NCBI GenBank assembly: GCA_964019425.1
Contig: OZ025792.1
Location: forward strand, 1,178,001-1,242,000
DNA length: 64,000 nucleotides
Source of the DNA: Flectonema sp. DT1601
Lineage: Eukaryota
Reading direction: 5' to 3'
This document shows positions 45,496 to 56,500 of this stretch, piece after piece; the first letter of the stretch is position 1, and each line of letters starts with the position of its first letter. The notes under the pieces are model-generated. The model worked only from the letters and a program-made list of their open reading frames with translations. It was not told the origin of the DNA and did not search any database. The position numbers and the translations under genes are program-made.

Positions 45496-46905
45496 TCATT
45501 TTGGAGTACTGGCTATAAAGTCTTCCTGCTCATCAACTATAAGGTGCATGTTGTCAGGGCTTCTCATTTGTTCTTTTAATGTTGCCCAGGAAGCGTCCTT
45601 GTCTTTCAGAAGATGTTCTTGTGATTTCACAATGTCGTGGTACATATCAGGTAAAAGATCAATTGGAAGAAAACGAGAAAGCTCTGGAGAGAAATTAACT
45701 TCAAAGACCCAAGGGTTTAATTTATCGTCAAGTGACAGGTCAGGACCAAAGACTCCGAAGTATGGTGAAGCGGTTGAAAACTTTTCTTTTGCAGATTCAA
45801 AAATATGTGCGAAAATTGCCATTATTTTTGGTCTTAAAACAGTATTCAAGTACTGTGAGTCTGCAGGAGCCAATCCAGCTTCTGTCACGTATGTTTCGAG
45901 TTCTTGCATAGTCATGAAATGCTTAGCCGGATCACCTGCTGCTCCTTTCCAAACCTTTTCGCTGTTTGAAACAAAATTCTTCAAATCGGTTGAGTTTTTA
46001 ACGAATTTCTCCCTCGTCAATCTGGCATAACCATCATGATACACCACCAATGCTGGCTTCACCCTAAACACAATAAAATAAAGTCGTAAGTTAAAGGTTC
46101 TTTCTTCAATCAAGAGTGGATTTTGAAGGAATTCCTGAATCAGAACTTTACTTGAAGCACATGAACCAGTTTTGGTATACCTTTTTAACATTTGCTCCAT
46201 GTCAGTACCGTCTAAAATGTGAAGACCCTTACCATTGTGACCTCCCTCTAGAGCTTTTTGAATGTAACGTGGCTTTCTCATTTCTGCGGTAGTGAGGGAT
46301 AGGTCTCTTGTGTAAGCCATTAGTTCATTGCACTCTGACTGATCATTTACGAGGTATGTGTGTTTTAAGAATTGATCTCCTGTGATACCAGTTCGTAGAG
46401 TGATTTCATTATTCTTAGCTGATGGTCTGAGAGAGATTACTAACTTGTCTTTCTGAATCATCCATATTTGACCTGGAACATGGTTATGTTTCATTGTGTC
46501 AGGACAAAATCTCCAGTCCATCCATGACCCTGGTCTCTTTCCCACAATAAATGTAGCCTTATCATAGTCAAAAACTTCAACGTATCCCAAATTTCTAAAA
46601 GTATTTTTTATGTAAGCCTCAACAACATAACCAGATGGGATGTAATATATTTTACGCTCAGATTGCTTATTATTTTTTCTTCGATCTTCACAAACACGGT
46701 TAAGCTCTTCTTTGTTAAGCATAACAGGGAGAGGTTCTCTTTTGTTATTAGGTTCAATTACGCCACCAACTGATCTCTTGGCTTCAACTTCATTCATCAT
46801 TCCTCCAGCCAAACTTGCTCCATACAATACCATGACGATTGCGAACAAGAGAATTATCTGAAGCTGCGAACTAGTCATCCCACCGCGTGCTCGAGTTCGA
46901 AACAT
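45496..46905 (-). CDS. Tubulin-tyrosine-ligase-like ATP-grasp protein with an N-terminal membrane anchor
   Basis: YIQK..GHNGKGLHI, LIQEFLQNPLLIE.RTFNLRLY, FGVFGPD..LD..L.PWVFEVNFSP; hydrophobic helix at residues ~15-33. Confidence 0.85.
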   Translation of the reverse strand: MFRTRARGGMTSSQLQIILLFAIVMVLYGASLAGGMMNEVEAKRSVGGVIEPNNKREPLPVMLNKEELNRVCEDRRKNNKQSERKIYYIPSGYVVEAYIKNTFRNLGYVEVFDYDKATFIVGKRPGSWMDWRFCPDTMKHNHVPGQIWMIQKDKLVISLRPSAKNNEITLRTGITGDQFLKHTYLVNDQSECNELMAYTRDLSLTTAEMRKPRYIQKALEGGHNGKGLHILDGTDMEQMLKRYTKTGSCASSKVLIQEFLQNPLLIEERTFNLRLYFIVFRVKPALVVYHDGYARLTREKFVKNSTDLKNFVSNSEKVWKGAAGDPAKHFMTMQELETYVTEAGLAPADSQYLNTVLRPKIMAIFAHIFESAKEKFSTASPYFGVFGPDLSLDDKLNPWVFEVNFSPELSRFLPIDLLPDMYHDIVKSQEHLLKDKDASWATLKEQMRSPDNMHLIVDEQEDFIASTPK

Positions 46906-47135
46906 AAATTGCGTTTATGCTATCTGTAATAAGAAATAACGCATAATACAAGATATATAATTACCCACTATTCTCACCTGTTTTAATTGGCAATATAATA
47001 ATTTGCTTTCGCATGAGGAGTTTAAAAAAAAAACATACTGATACAGATAACTTTTTTTTTTTTTTCCCCCTCTTTTTTTTTCTTTTTTTTTCTCCCACTT
47101 CAAAGTGAGTGACCAACAACAAGGTTAGAAATAGT

Positions 47136-47181
<46 letters not shown>

Positions 47182-47509
47182 CATTATCAATCAACTTATA
47201 GGCTACTGACAGTTTTATCTTCTTTACTAACTACATAAAAGCATGTGAGAGTCCATAACAAGCGCACTATGGCTTGTTGCGTGGGGTAACTGCAACAACC
47301 ACCTTTGAGAACCAAAACAGAATAACAGATTTAACGAAAGAAGTAAAATAAAAAAATTTGTCAAACAAAAAAAAAAAACAGTCATCTACACAACTACTAG
47401 AGGGTGATGGTACTCAATAAGAATATTAAGAGCTGTCACTTCCTAAGTAACAGTCGTTGAATTGCCCGTTTTTTTTTTTTTTTTCTTTTGTTCCTTTCAT
47501 TAGAAGTGT

Positions 47510-48121
47510 TCAGTATAATCTGCTATTGGGGTGTAACTCTTCTTCATCTGGTGAAACGGGTGTAGTTCCAGACAAAGTATCGTCATCATCACCTTCTTGA
47601 GGATAATTTTTGATAAACATTTCGTAGTCAACCTGATCAATTCTTTCAACTAAGAAATCTGGTAAAAGCCACAAAGCAGACGTGCATGGTCTATTAACCC
47701 ACGAAGGGTAAGGAACACGATGCTGCTGAGACAATAATTTATGAGAAAACTCCTCTGAGAATGTGTTACAGTTTAACCTAACAACATGATATGATGTAGA
47801 CATATACTTATCTTCGATACTTCTGATTAATGATTCTACTTCATCAAAGCCTAGAGATGTCCTACCAAGTAAGATTGATTCTCTAAAGACGTGTTCACCA
47901 CAAGATTTAGGAGATATGTAATAAACGCCACTGCAATCTGTTGGTGCTCTTCCAAAGCAATATTCTCTCCCATATACTTCAACACCTGTGTGGTAGGCTC
48001 CCATTCCCATACTACCGATAACAACATTCATTGAAGTGATGTCGTAGACGTTTAAGTACACATCAGCTTCTGAGTGTTCATCGTGTGCCTTCATCATTTC
48101 AACACTCCCACAGCACAACAT
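47510..48121 (-). CDS. PPPDE/DeSI (peptidase C97) deubiquitinase/deSUMOylase
   Basis: VYLNVYD, GAYHTGVEVYGREY.FG, YHVVRLNCNTFS, PSWVNR. The first ATG (MLCCGS) is at 48121; the track start is non-ATG. Confidence 0.92.
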   Translation of the reverse strand: MLCCGSVEMMKAHDEHSEADVYLNVYDITSMNVVIGSMGMGAYHTGVEVYGREYCFGRAPTDCSGVYYISPKSCGEHVFRESILLGRTSLGFDEVESLIRSIEDKYMSTSYHVVRLNCNTFSEEFSHKLLSQQHRVPYPSWVNRPCTSALWLLPDFLVERIDQVDYEMFIKNYPQEGDDDDTLSGTTPVSPDEEELHPNSRLY

Positions 48122-48520
48122 GTTGTTAGTGTGCCTATTAGAGAACGAATTATTATATAGTAACAAGTTTCTCACTACACAATATTATTTATCAACAATA
48201 ACCTTTTATATCTATCTCATTACATTCTAACAAGGAAGCATGTTGCGTAAGGGGCAAGACGCCCAAAAGTTGATTGCTCTAGGTAATCGCGCGTGTTTTT
48301 CTTTTTTTTTTTTTAAAATTCTAAACGACGAAAAGAGGAAAGAGATACAAAAAAAATATATATTTTAAACAATAAAGTTACACTTGGCATATGTAAAAGG
48401 ACTTGCCTGGTCCTCACTACGACCGACAACACATTATATTATATCAAGATGCCCCATCCTTTGAAGCGAGATGATCTGCAAAACAAAAGACAGCTCTCGC
48501 AAGAGTGCTCCGTGCTTGTG

Positions 48521-48692
48521 GCATCAGTAAGTGTTAGTTAGTCAGTGATTGCACAACTAATGACTGTGGAAATCATACAGAGATTGTATTTTTATAGCTT
48601 TGGCTGGAAGTATCAATTCCAACTGTCCACCTTTCCCAGAGACTAACCGGTTGAATATAAGAAGAAGGAAAAAAAAATGATCAGGAGGGGAG
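48521..48692 (+). repeat. Diverged copy of the short dispersed repeat
   Basis: gcatcagtaag...agattgtatttttatagctttggctggaag..tccacctttcccagag..ggttgaa..aaatgatcagg. Confidence 0.65.
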
Positions 48693-49051
48693 CAATTAAT
48701 TGAATATATTTTTCATGTAAAAACGTTTCATCCTTCATGAAATAATCACATGATAAAATATACGGAACATGAGTAAGGAAGGCTTTAAAAAAACAAGTAC
48801 CACAAAAACTGAGCAATACACAAAACTATATCAATCCCTAAGGAAACTCAAAACGAGACAAATCAAATAAGAAGAGAGAAGAGAAAAACACAGGAAGAGT
48901 TGCAGTAAAACTCACTGACTATAAATATAAAGCTGGATAACATCATCAGTTACCAACAACAACAACGAGACGACGATCTTTTCTTAAATTGAGAAGGCAA
49001 TTTTCTCTCACGGCTGCTACTACTACTAACTGTCGGGGAACGGGAAAGAAA

Positions 49052-49083
<32 letters not shown>

Positions 49084-49896
49084 ATTCAGAAAGAAAGTAA
49101 GCACACGTCAGAAAAAGCTAAAAAAGAATCTTACTCCGTGACAACTGGTACGTAATCCTCCAGAATGCAAAATCATCACCATCACCATAAAAAGATAAGT
49201 CCGTTACATCGCATATTGTGCATCACTGATACAGCAAACTGGAACAGCAACGGTTTGTAAAAATAGATGATCGATGTGGAAAAAAAAAAAAAAAAAGAAA
49301 AATGAAAATCACATGAGAGAAGCAAACTGCTATTTGCGGGTTATCCTTATCACAGCAAAAATTTAGCTTGCAAAAAAAAAAAAAAAAAGAGAAGAACAGG
49401 AAAAAAAAAAAAAAAAAAATACATCCAAAGAAAAGGAAGTGGAGTAAACTACAACAAGAACTAAATTATTTCATTAAAAACAAGATTTGCAGACAAAATA
49501 CCTCACTGACGCCTAACAGAAGTGCTTTATGTAAATTACCCATAAAATAATTGAAGGCATTTGATTGAAGACTACAGAAAGACATCTCCAGCTACAGCAG
49601 TCCATAGCACTGAGAGAGAGTTGATCGAGATTTGGTTTCCCAGTATCCCTACAACTACTTAATTGACACAGAAGTCATCATTAGCAGAATCAAGCAGCAG
49701 TAAACAATACAGACAAAGGTGTTCTAATGAAAATAAAACAAACGGGAACTACCATGGCTGCAGTACTTATAAAACGCATGCAGCTGACTATCTTGATAGT
49801 GGTTACCAAGTGGCTGTACCATTCCCAGACCTTGTTGTCTTGTCAGTGACATCAGGTTAATTGCGTCAATGTTAAATCTTTTCATATCGAATATCA

Positions 49897-51651
49897 TTAA
49901 CACTCCCTGGTTCCTTTACCTGTTGCAGTATCTAGCCATGTTGCAGAACTTATAAAACGCATTCCACCACCAGTGGTTGCTACCGGTCGTTTTTTTGGCG
50001 TTGTCGCAGCGATTGCTCCCGGCACAAGAGACCAGTTGCCAGAAATATTTTCAACCTTGGCTGGTGATGAACAGATACGTCTTCCCTCAAAAGCAGGAAC
50101 AGTAGTTGAGCTAATATTATATTGTTGACTAATGCGTAGTCCTCCAGATTTTTCATACTTTCCGTTGGGCCAGATACCCGGAGGACCGTGGTCCTTTCTC
50201 GCTGGTGCGTGTCGCCTTTGGGACATGTGATCCACATAGTGAGAGACACCAGCATCGTTAACATTACAAGAAGCTGCTTCCTTCACTGCCAAAGGAATTC
50301 TCTTCGGGAGTGTCAACATCCAACTTAAAGATCCCTCGTCTTTATTGAAATCAGTCGCATCTCTTGCGTAAGGGTCTGCAGTGCCCTCAATGCTATTTGG
50401 GTTGCAACTGGCAGAAAGGTCGTGTGGAAACTTCTGTCTGCCTCCTTCTCCAGTTAAGAAAAAGTCTTCACGACCGATGTCATTGGGGTTCCCGCTTCCC
50501 TGGATCTTGGAGTCACTGCCGTATTTTTTAGTACTATTCGATTTTGGAACCTTTACTTCGTATTGCGGTGCAGTAGTTACATTCGGGTTCACAGTCAGTC
50601 GCTCAGTACGCCCACTACGTGCAATCTTCCTACTCGCCATTTTGTAGTCTCCCATAGAGCTGCTTCTATTTTTGGTTGCTGCCGGAGAGTAGCACGATTT
50701 GCCACCTTGTTTGTCTTTCCTGCCGCCTCCGTTTACATTATTTGGATTACTGGTTCCTGTCATGTCAGTTGCAAGTCGTCTTCGTCGGGAGAGGGATCTC
50801 CCTTTCCTTGGTGTTTCTATTTCAAATTCGTGAGGGTGCTGTACTGGAACGAAAGGCTTGACTCTCCCCTTAGACCTGGACCTCCTCTTTGGTGTCATGA
50901 CTGATGTTGATATTGATGGAGTGTCTACTTGAAACACTGCTGGAATTGGTGGTACTTCAATACGTGTTGGCTTGTCAGCAAATTTCAGTACGACGCAACC
51001 ACCGTTTGAGTCAACGTGACTTAACACGTCCTGTTGTATTGTTACGGGACTACCGTTTACTTCGACGAGGTATTTTCCAATAAATTTCATGGATTTTGGA
51101 TTGGCTGCAGAAGCAGTACCAGGAGTACAGCCGACTAACATTAACGTTCCCTGTTTGAATGCCATCCCAAGTGGGATATCTTTTTCTTTTTGGAGTACGA
51201 TAGTGAAGTCGTCATCGACTCCTCTCCACGCCATAGTGATAGGAGAGAAAGTATCATTCATACTCATGGGTGTCGCTAATGGTGCCGCTGCACTCATACC
51301 ACCCGACTCCTGAAAAGGTATCGAGACACTACGTGAAGGTCGCGGTATTTCACTAATATGAGGAGGTCCTGTTTGTTGAATAGGTGTTGGTTGTGTTTGC
51401 TCTTCGTTCAGTTGTTCTTGTTGCTGGATTTCTCTCCAAACTAATTCAACACCTTCTCTCTCTTCTCCTTCAGCAACACCAAAGATAGGCATCAGAGTCT
51501 GAAGAGTACTCCATGAAAGACTTCCAAGTTCTTTTTCCGTTAATTTCCCGGCTGTTCTTTCAACAAGCTGTCGCCAACATTCTTGTGGATGAAGGAATGG
51601 AAGAGGAGATTGGGGAGGGGGTTGGTGGGAAGGTCCGATGAATGTGCTCAT
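49897..51651 (-). CDS. Hypothetical protein with a PDZ-like domain and long low-complexity tail
   Basis: IVLQKEKDIPLGMAF..L.GC.PGT.SA..G..LVEVNG.PV resembles a PDZ fold. Start uncertain: first ATG at 51651, track start 51714. Confidence 0.7.
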   Translation of the reverse strand: MSTFIGPSHQPPPQSPLPFLHPQECWRQLVERTAGKLTEKELGSLSWSTLQTLMPIFGVAEGEEREGVELVWREIQQQEQLNEEQTQPTPIQQTGPPHISEIPRPSRSVSIPFQESGGMSAAAPLATPMSMNDTFSPITMAWRGVDDDFTIVLQKEKDIPLGMAFKQGTLMLVGCTPGTASAANPKSMKFIGKYLVEVNGSPVTIQQDVLSHVDSNGGCVVLKFADKPTRIEVPPIPAVFQVDTPSISTSVMTPKRRSRSKGRVKPFVPVQHPHEFEIETPRKGRSLSRRRRLATDMTGTSNPNNVNGGGRKDKQGGKSCYSPAATKNRSSSMGDYKMASRKIARSGRTERLTVNPNVTTAPQYEVKVPKSNSTKKYGSDSKIQGSGNPNDIGREDFFLTGEGGRQKFPHDLSASCNPNSIEGTADPYARDATDFNKDEGSLSWMLTLPKRIPLAVKEAASCNVNDAGVSHYVDHMSQRRHAPARKDHGPPGIWPNGKYEKSGGLRISQQYNISSTTVPAFEGRRICSSPAKVENISGNWSLVPGAIAATTPKKRPVATTGGGMRFISSATWLDTATGKGTREC

Positions 51652-52041
51652 CGGTTGTTCAATCCTGTCGTAAAATACTTGAGAATAAAGGCATGTAATG
51701 ATATCAACATACAACGGTACATGACTACCTGTTCATACATATTATGTATGACTCTACTGTAGTGATAGTTTGAGTACTTATTTTGCAGCAGCAGTTTATT
51801 GTTCGACACCAGTCAGCACGCAAAAACACGAATGTCCAAATGGTCGATGTAATTAAAATAATAAACGTTGGGAAGCGAGAGAGAGCACAATAGATAAAAC
51901 GACGTTCGCTGTAAACACAACGATAGTATTTCGCTTTCTGTTAAAGAACGAACGGCCGAATAGGAAAAGGGATGAATCTCCCCAAGCCATGCGGCCTCGT
52001 GAATATGAAATAAGTTTTCTTAAAATATTTTAAAATGGTTA

Positions 52042-53382
52042 CTATTCCTCGTAGTCTCTTCCACAACGAAAGCCCAGGTTTGCTGTTGAGCTGTCGCTCT
52101 CAATACCACTGCGAGCACTGCTTCTGTAACGGTTGCAAGTACTGTTTTGATTAAGTGATGATACAATTAGAGTATATACTTATTAATAAAATATAAAATC
52201 ATAAAACACAAACCTAGCATGACACATATGACTACCTCCTCTCTTTGCTTTGTGAGAGACACGTGCAGAGGTTGAAGAAGATCCGTGAGTTTCTTCACGT
52301 TCAGCAACACTTTGACGAGTTCCCGTAACAAAGTCATCATAAACCCATTCCCAGATATTACCCGTCAGATCGTAGACTCCAAATCCATTTGGAGGGTAAG
52401 ACGCTACTTTGTTTGTACCTCTGGAACCATCCTCGGCAGTGTTTTCAAAAGCTGAGAAGTCTCCCTGCCAAACATTCATAAGATGCTTTCCTTCTGGGTA
52501 TAGTTCATCACCCCATGCGAATATCTTTTGATCTAATCCTCCTCTTAATGCGTATTCGTATTCTGCTTCGGTAGGAAGACGCTTTCCTCTCCATCTGCAA
52601 AAGTTGTACGCATCCCTCCATGAGATGTGTGAAACAGGGTGAGATAATCTATCACCAGCTGGTGTGTTTGGGATTCCTGGAGTTGGTTTACCATACCAAG
52701 TTGGAAGAGAATAAATTGAACTCCCGGGTCCTTCCGGATGCTTCCATGACGCACCTTCGATTGCCCTCCACCACTTAGCTCCTTCAACACGACCAGGATC
52801 GGACGCGAGTAACTCTGGTTTGATGAAAGGCTCCATTACGAATGACCAATTGTACAACTCAGCGTCAGATACGTATCCACGAGCTTCAACAAAGTCGAGG
52901 AACTGTTGGTTTGTTACTTCGCAGCGATCGATATAAAAAGTTTTAACATCAACTTGTCTGATAGGATCTTCAGCATCACCTCTATTGATTCCATGAATCG
53001 AATTATCTCGGTAGCGGCGTTCAATATCATGTTTTCCGAGACCGCTCTCGCCATAGTTTTCAGATCCCATGCGAAATGTTCCTCCTGAGATCTTCTGTTC
53101 ACCGCAGTCAGTACGACCAGTGTACTTGTCTGAGTAGCTGTAAATACATCCCACGACGTAACCTTCGTAGTTCCTGTCTCCACTGCAGGCGTTTTCTGTT
53201 AGATTTTTATATTGAATGCTTGTGTCTTCTGCTACTGTTTCTCTCACTCGGATTTCTGTAACAGGCTTCTTCTGATCCGATATCTTTGCAGAATCCCTTC
53301 CAGCACTACATCCACAAGTTTGCTCTTCTTCTTCTGCGACAGCAGCTGCTAAGAGAACTATCAGTAAGTGACCTGGTCTCAT
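52042..53382 (-). CDS. SUMF1: Formylglycine-generating enzyme (sulfatase-modifying factor), exons 52214-53382 and 52042-52141, 422 aa
   Basis: GGTFRMGS, EVTNQQF, RLPTEAEYEYA.RGG, PPNGFGVYDLTGNIWEW. Removing the 72-nt intron restores RGGSHMCHASTCNRYRSSAR...NLGFRC. Confidence 0.9.
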
Positions 53383-53551
53383 AATATTATAATCCCTGTT
53401 GGGTAGCTACAATCATTCGTAAATAATTTACAAAAAAAAAAAAAAAAAAAACAGATCAACAGATTTGAAACAAATGTTAAGAAACGTTTTAAATTAAAGC
53501 AAACAGTAAAAGGGGAAGGAGGGTGTAAATAAGTGTAAATAAAAATAGACG

Positions 53552-56500
53552 CTAGGACTTACTTGTTGTTGTCCTCACAGTTGATACGTAAACTGTAACC
53601 TCAGCTTCATTCCACCTCTCAGACTTACCATAACAACCACTGTATAAAACAATTCTGTTACATGAGTCTGCTTCTGACTGAGGTGGTTGTACTTTTAAAC
53701 CAACCCATCGAAGAAGACTCACAACCGATTTTTGAGTTGCCTTTCCGCTTGATTGAAATTCAATTCTAACTTTGTGTGAAGTATTTACAGTTATCGTACC
53801 AAACAGTTGACTTTTTAAGTAAATGACATTCTCTTTAAGAGTAAACCCGCCTTCCTTTAAACTGAGAACGAGTGTGTCTCCAGATGTGAAACCTTTACAA
53901 ACCTCTACTTGAAGGAAACCAGTTGTAATAAAACCTAAACTATCACTGTGATTGACTACTAATTTCGGAGCTATTTGTGATACCGTTCCAGGTGTAGCAC
54001 TCGACGGTAAACTACTACCAACGTGGATGAATGGAAGACGGACGTTTAGTTGGATTCTGATCTTACCATCTTGAGGATTTACTCCGTCAGAAACTCTGAT
54101 TTGAATTGTTCGCATCCCTTCTCTTAGTCGTTCTTTCATTACAGATGTGTAGGTAATACAGTTCAATAAATAACTTACTACATCTCGTGTTATTACTGGG
54201 TCAAGAGAACGTTTTGGAAATGATATTCTGATATCATGAGCGTCACGAGTATTCTTTGATTGAGGATAAGTAACAGTTGCTGAGAACATTCCATCACAAC
54301 TAACGATCTTCTTATCTCCGTCATGACTGTCGAAGAGATATTTCTCTGGAGATTCAATACCAAAAGTCAGACATTTTGCCCAACTACCCCTACTTTTATC
54401 ACTTCGTTTTTTGAATGCCTTGGTAGGTCGTAAGGCGACGTTTGCAAGACATTCAAGCTGATGTCTTTGTTGTGTTAAACTAAGAATACCAAGAGTATCA
54501 CCTTTAGCAGCCCCTCCAACTATTTCAATTAATAAGTATCCACCATCAAAGCTTTCTGTGTCAGGATCTTCAATGTGACCTTCACCTAATGGAGCAATTA
54601 GAAATGGAATTATTGCATCCTTAGAACATGGAACGTAGTGTAACTTATCATTTCGAAGAACTATTTCAGTAACGTCATCAACGGGTTGGACTTGTACTTC
54701 AAGCATGCTTTGGCTAAATGTTGAGCTTCCATCTGACAGGGTAACTCTAATAATCTTAATCAGTTCTTGAGGATCACGACTCGTGTTAGCATAAGTTAAA
54801 GCTTTCATAAACATACCAACTTCTTTACGTCCGAGTTGTTTTTGAGAACTGGTTGGTGCAGCTCTCGTAAACGTAAGCTGTAGAGCTGTTCTTGTTGATG
54901 CTAAGATTCCAATATATTTCCCATCACAGTAGATTTCACTAATTGAACTCGCAGTGTTACGTTCATCAATTAAGCTTCCAAGAAGAGATTTTGTTATATT
55001 CAACCACTCTTTATTCAACATTCTGTTCTCTCCCCACTTCTTATTTGAGATCGATCTTTTTCTTCCAACTTCAATTATATTTAAGTTTGAGTCCGTGATT
55101 ATTGGTTTTACTTTTTTTCCTATTTTTTCTTCTTCGTAGCGATTACCAAAAGCTATAAGCTCACTTAAAGGGAGTTCAGCATCATACAGGTCTCTTATTT
55201 TTATTGTTAGACCTTCCTCTCTGACTCCCAGGATATCATCACGGCAGCCTCCTTCGATGACTTGGACTTTTATAAAACCATTTTCATAACCATCGCAGAG
55301 TGTGTCGGGTGATAATTCAAACGGAGCAATCCGAACAGATCCGCTTCCTTCTGTGTATTTAAGGAGAACGGATTTACCTGTTTTGTTGTTGTTTTTTGTG
55401 ATTTTTCTTTTTTTTTTTTTTTCCCCTTATGTTTTTTTCTTATTCACATATAACACACACCTGAGACGGTAACTAGTGGTGGTGTCACTTTAACACTTAC
55501 GTTACCTTTAAGAACTGGTTGAAAATGAGAAGGATCTAAAAGATGAGGAGCAGTGCTGTTTGATTTCCCTTCAGTATCGAGCTTTCCAGCAGTCTTACCA
55601 ATTTGTACTTCTAAATCAATAGAACGAGTGTATTCATGACGAGTTGCTGGAGTGAATGTCAGAGATCTAATAACTGCCTGACTTGCTGCTATCGACATCG
55701 TACCAGCCAGAGAGAATTGCATATGAAATCGACGACCTCCCTTTGCTGGAGATGCATTCATAAAGATAGACATGATGGAACGAATCCGAGACTCTAACTG
55801 TGTGATGTATTTTGAGGCGTCACCAACATCTCTAATGTCGCTGGGTGATGCTTTTCCAGCAAATGAATTTGTGACTAATCCCCACTTACTTGATAAACCC
55901 TTGGGTGATGCACTACCTGAAGTCATTGAGATATGTAAGTGGTCTTCACTTTGTTCTCTCTCAATAATGTGTTCAGATTGTTTAACAGTGATTGGAATCG
56001 ACCCTCGCTTCTTTAAATTATTATCTTTAGAATGCTGTGAAACTTGGTCATCAAAAAACGCTGCAATCCCAACAGAAACATCATAATAAAATATTTCCCA
56101 TAAATTCTTTAAAGCATCTGGATCGAAACTTACTTCTGGTGTGAGGACGTCAAGATTCTCTAACGGGATAGCTTTAACACCTTGACGACCAGATGGTTCA
56201 AAACAAGAATTATGTAACGAAAGTAAATCACCTTTTTGATAAGATGCAACAATTCCGACTGATGCATGACCCCCACAGAATTTGTCGGTATCAACATCTT
56301 CAATGGTAACATCAGGGAATAAGATGTAGTCAGTGTATCTAATAAAGTTACGTAAGTGAGATGGAATTCCTGTTGCAGTACAAGCAAAATGATAAAATTT
56401 CTTTTGTGAAGGAATTGACAGGATGGTTGGATTATCTGTGGCGATGACAACAACTGTAAAACTAATTGTTGATGATGACCCCGACTGATCTACTAATGTG

